Shown piece by piece: positions 23,380-27,474 of a stretch of 27,474 nt of DNA. This DNA is from Octopus sinensis. Lineage: Eukaryota. The stretch lies in the NCBI RefSeq assembly GCF_006345805.1, contig NW_021827541.1, positions 1-27,474 on the forward strand, written 5' to 3'. A program made the translations under genes and the position numbers. Under the pieces are notes generated by a model, which saw nothing but the letters and a program-made list of their open reading frames with translations, was not told the DNA's origin and did no database searches. Positions within the stretch are counted from its first letter, which is position 1; each line of letters begins with the position of its first letter.

Positions 23380-23421
23380 ATTATTATTATTATTATTATT
23401 AATTAATTATTATTATTATTA

Positions 23422-23456
<35 letters not shown>

Positions 23457-23970
23457 GTTGCTGTTGTTGTTGTTGTTGTTGTTTACTATTATTATTGTTG
23501 CCGTCATCATCACCATCATCATCATTATTATCATTATTATCATCATTATCATCACCACCGTCATAATCATTATCATCACCACCGCTGCCACCACCACCAC
23601 CATTACCATCATCATCACCATCATCGTCGTCGTCATCACTATCATCATAGTCATCATTATCACCATCACCATCACCATCATCATCAGCATCATCACCACC
23701 GCCATAATCATCAACATCACCACCGCCACCACAACCACCATCATCATCATCACCATCATCATCACCACCATCGCCACCATGACCATCATCGTCGTCGTCA
23801 TCACCATCATCATAGTCATCATTATCACCATCATCATCATCATCATCATCATCATCACCATTATCATCATCACCATCGTCATCATCATTGTCATCATCAT
23901 CATCGTCATAGTCGTCATCATTACTATTATCATTACCATTATTACAAGTATTATTATTATTATTATTAAT
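22430..23970. repeat. (ATC)n, C-rich, (GGT)n, (TTA)n and (ATC/ACC)n low-complexity block
   Basis: Direct reading. Confidence 0.9.
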
Positions 23971-23986
23971 ATGTTTATGATTGATA

Positions 23987-24462
23987 AGTCGGGGAACCGG
24001 CAGAATCGATCGAACGCCGGTGAAAATGCTCAGCGGCATTTCGTCCGTCACCACGTTCTGGGTTCAAAGTCCACAGGGTCAATAAATTAAGAACCAGTGA
24101 AACACTGGGGTCGATGTAATCGACTTACCCCGCTCCCCCCAAATTTCAGGCCTTGTGTCTTTAATAGAAAGGATTATTATTATGATTGCTGTTGTTGTTG
24201 CTCTTCTTCTTAAGGTGGCGAGCTGGCAGAATCGTTAGCAAACCGGGCAAAATATTTGGCGATATTTCGTCCGTCTTCACGTTCTGTGTTCAAATTCCGC
24301 CGAGGTTGACTTTGCCCTTCAGCCCTTCGGAGTCGATAAAATAAGTACCAGTTGCGTACTGGGGTCAACGTAATCGACTTACTCCGTCCCCCAAACTTGC
24401 TGGCCTTGTGCCAAAATTTGAAATCATTAGCAGCAGGCAGCAGCAGCAGCAGCAGCAGTAGC

Positions 24463-24531
<69 letters not shown>

Positions 24532-24910
24532 GGTGGTGGTGGTGGTAAGGCGGTGTGCTCGAAGAATCGTTAGCTCGTCGGAAAAAATGAATAGAGACAT
24601 ATCTTCCGTTTCTTTATGTTCAAACGGTGCCGAAACCGACTTTGCCTTTCATCCCTCGCTGGTGAGGGGCGATAAAATAATGTACCAGTCAATTACTAGA
24701 CCCTAGTATTTGACTCACCTCTTGTCCCTAAAACTCTTTGCGTTAAAGTTTGAAACAATTTTTATCAGCAGGAACGTTGCTAGAATCTTTAAAGTGTCGA
24801 ACAAACTACCCAAACACCTTGCGGGATTCAATTACGAATGTTTACATTCTGAGTTCAAACCTTGCCGAGGTAAACTTATTCTTTTTCTCCTTCTAGGATC
24901 GATAAAATAA
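23987..24910 (+). mobile_element. Cluster of four same-orientation SINE family B copies (~23987-24174, 24213-24425, 24547-24756, 24768-24910)
   Basis: Each shows the GAATCGTTAG-like head, a GTTCAAA B-box-like motif and GATAAAATAA or a variant of it. Divergence varies between copies, and short trinucleotide arrays separate the first three. Confidence 0.8.
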
Positions 24911-25367
24911 ATACAAACTTGTCAGCTATTCAAATATGCCAGAGGCAGATTTGAACTCGTAAGAAAGAACCTGAAAGAAAGTCTTGACATAGAGAAAATT
25001 TCTCGCTGTAAATAAATAAGTGTAAATACACAGAGTCAGTCCACAGCGCTCCAGGCTGTTGATCGTATGAATTTCGAAATAGTTATCTCCTCATCAGCAG
25101 CAGAGGCCGGAAACACAGACGCAGTGAACTGACAGGAGAAACAGGTCCTTCTTATGATGTTCCAGTCATCGTTCAATGGACTCGTTGCGCGATTCAGCGG
25201 TCGACCATAAATTAAATACGGTGTGACAGAACTAAGTAGTGGTGTGCATAAATACAAACTTATTACCAATTCAAATATGCCTGAGAAATATTCTAACCCG
25301 TAAGAAAGCTTTTCACTGTATTTTGACATGGAGAAAGTATCGCGCTGTAGACAAATATGTGTATATA
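24907..25367 (-). mobile_element. Second pLTR/retrozyme-like element: ~341-bp unit with ~120-bp diverged terminal direct repeat
   Basis: 24907-25028 aligns with 25248-25367 (ATAAATACAAACTT..ATTCAAATATGCC..CGTAAGAAAG..TTGACAT.GAGAAA..CGCTGTA). A hammerhead-like motif lies between them. Confidence 0.6.
25055..25101 (-). ncRNA. Type I hammerhead ribozyme-like motif
   Basis: Minus strand: GCTG CTGATGA G GAGAT AACT ATTTC GAAA TT CATAC GATC AA CAGC. Cores are intact, stem II is 5 bp, stem III is short with an AUC triplet, and stem I is offset by 2 nt. Confidence 0.55.
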
Positions 25368-25435
25368 TTAAATTAAAATGATGAACGTAAACAAACAAAC
25401 TAAGTTTGCTTTAGAAGCGTTGAGATGTCTTAGAA

Positions 25436-25608
25436 AGTTAAAGAAGTGATTTTAAATTCTCAAACGCAGGATAATGCTAATAATATAGACTGAACAGGAT
25501 AAGCTACCCCTAATTTGCAGAAAATTGTTGGCAGCCGGCTATTAGACTCGAACTCACACCTCCGTGATTATGCGTCGAGGTGCTCTGAACCATTAAGCTA
25601 AACCGCCA
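25436..25608 (-). mobile_element. tRNA-derived SINE, family C (copy 2)
   Basis: Minus strand: GGCGGTTTAGCTTAATGGTTCAGAGCA...GAGTTCGAGTC. Carries about 40 nt absent from copy 1. Confidence 0.7.
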
Positions 25609-25629
25609 TATCTATCTATCTATCTATCT

Positions 25630-25891
<262 letters not shown>

Positions 25892-26000
25892 ACATCTGTT
25901 TCAACGCACGATTTCACATCAAAAATCTTGCAAAACAAATATATGAACGTATATATATATACTTTGTTAATAAAGCTGAAAAGAAATTACATCACAAAAT

Positions 26001-26038
26001 CTGTTACTCAGAGTTTTACGTTCCCGTTCGCCGGATGG
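26001..26038 (-). ncRNA. Degenerate minimal hammerhead-like remnant
   Basis: Minus strand: CCAT CCGGCGA AC GGGAAC GT AAAACTCTGAGTA ACAG. The spacing, near-palindromic ACTC-T-GAGT and GUA triplet fit, but both cores are mutated. Confidence 0.35.
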
Positions 26039-27092
26039 TTTTTCTCAATCAAAACTCGCCGATGAATTTTAAAGAGCGACACCATAGATGCCACATCGTT
26101 AACTCTATTTGTAGGGTAAGTGTAATGTTGGTAGTGGTGGTGGAGGGGATACTATTGACTGAGGTGTTGTTACTTATGATGGTTGTGTAGGCAGTGATGA
26201 TGGTGGTGGTGGTCCACATCGTTGTCGTCATTGTGTTAGTGGTGACTGTGGTAGGTGTGTAGGCGGTAGTGTGGATGGTGGTGGTGGTGAGGATGGCGGT
26301 GACCAAACTGGTTAATGATGTTTTGAAATGATGAGTGCTAATGGTGGCAATGACGGCAGGGACGGCGGGTGGCGGCGGGGATGGCGCGAACGGTGATGCT
26401 GGTGATGATGGCAAATACTCTAGAAGGGCATGTTAAGAAGATGGTGCGGAGTGAGGTGGGGTAGGTGTGGTGCCGTAACGGTAGAGGGGGTGACTATAGG
26501 ACGATAGTTATGGAAATGGTCATATCAGTTGAGGTGGAAGTGTTTGTGGTAATGATGGAGGCGGCGGCGGCTGCAGTGGTGGTGGTGGTGGTGGTGGTGG
26601 TGGGTGGTGGTGGTGGTGGTGGTGGTGGTGGTGGTGATGGTGGTGGTGATGGTGGTGGTAGTCCAGCCGATGGATAGATCAGTGTTGATAGAAGTAGGAC
26701 CTTGCCCGGACAACCAGATGTAGTAACAGCAGCAGCAGCAGCAGCAGTAGTAGTTGTAGTAGTAGTAGTAGTTGTTGTTGTTGTTGTTCTTGTTGTTATT
26801 GTTGCTTGTCGTCGTTGTAGCCTCAAGGTCATGAGTCCTAATTGTGAAGAGCATCCACTTTATAACCAAACACCTTCCATCCATGACCGTCCTGTCTTTT
26901 TGAACATCTTGGTCTACAGGATGCAATGTATTCATTCTTCTTCAAATCAGGGTAAAGTATGATTTGAGAGAAACTTGGTTGCTCTTTCTTGCAGATTGCG
27001 TGACCACGTTGACGTTGTGTCGTTTGTTCGTGACAGATGTAATGGGGGGAAGTGAAGTAGTCCAAGGTGAGGAGGGTTGTATGGTGCATGTA

Positions 27093-27145
<53 letters not shown>

Positions 27146-27319
27146 TCGAGAAGGGCAACTGTTAACGACGCTGATAGTGGCGATGGCAGGTGGGGGAGGT
27201 GTGGTGGTGGTGGTAGAGGTGGTATTAGTAGTGGTGGTGGTGGTGGTGATGGCGGTGGAGCCGGTAGTGGAGAGTAGACCTGGTAATAATAACGAGAAAC
27301 AGTTTCTGATGATGGTGGT

Positions 27320-27393
27320 GTTGGCGGAGGCGGAGGCGGCGGAGGCGGAGGCGCGGCGGAGGCGGAGGCGGCGGCGGAGGCTGAGGCGGCGGC

Positions 27394-27426
<33 letters not shown>

Positions 27427-27474
27427 GGAGGCGGCGGCGGCGGAGGCGGCGGCGGCGGCGGAGGCGGCGGCGGC
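27320..27474. repeat. (GGC/GGA)n GC-rich repeat running off the window end
   Basis: Direct reading. Confidence 0.9.

Noticed and set aside
25530-25608. Functional tRNA gene
   Set aside because: The acceptor, anticodon and T stems do not pair properly, and it shares a non-tRNA tail with a second copy, so it is a SINE.
26810-26900. Possible minus-strand SINE/RTE 3' end with (CAA)n tail
   Set aside because: Too diverged, with no second copy in the window to support it.
27320-27474. Poly-Gly/Ala coding exon or CpG island
   Set aside because: A pure repeat with frame slips at the window edge; it may be a low-quality sequence end.

Overview
Non-coding, repeat-saturated animal DNA with no recognisable host gene. 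The extreme (TA)n/(TAA)n/(GAT)n/(GATA)n density and the SINE types suggest an octopus or other cephalopod (inference). Almost all ORF-track entries are translations of microsatellites. Recognisable elements are all fragments: two R4/Dong-type RLE LINEs sitting in (TAA)n, a CR1-type and an L2/CR1-group LINE 3' end, Tx1/L1-type ORF1 and RT remnants, an internally deleted Tc1 element with both TIRs and nested insertions, three tRNA-derived SINE families, and two long fold-back hairpins. The most interesting signal is a set of six minimal type I hammerhead-ribozyme-like motifs plus two half-motifs, mostly degenerate. Two lie inside 1.2-1.4-unit direct-repeat elements (units of about 464 and 341 bp), resembling Penelope pLTRs or non-LTR retrozymes lodged in microsatellites. 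All alignments and folds were done by eye.
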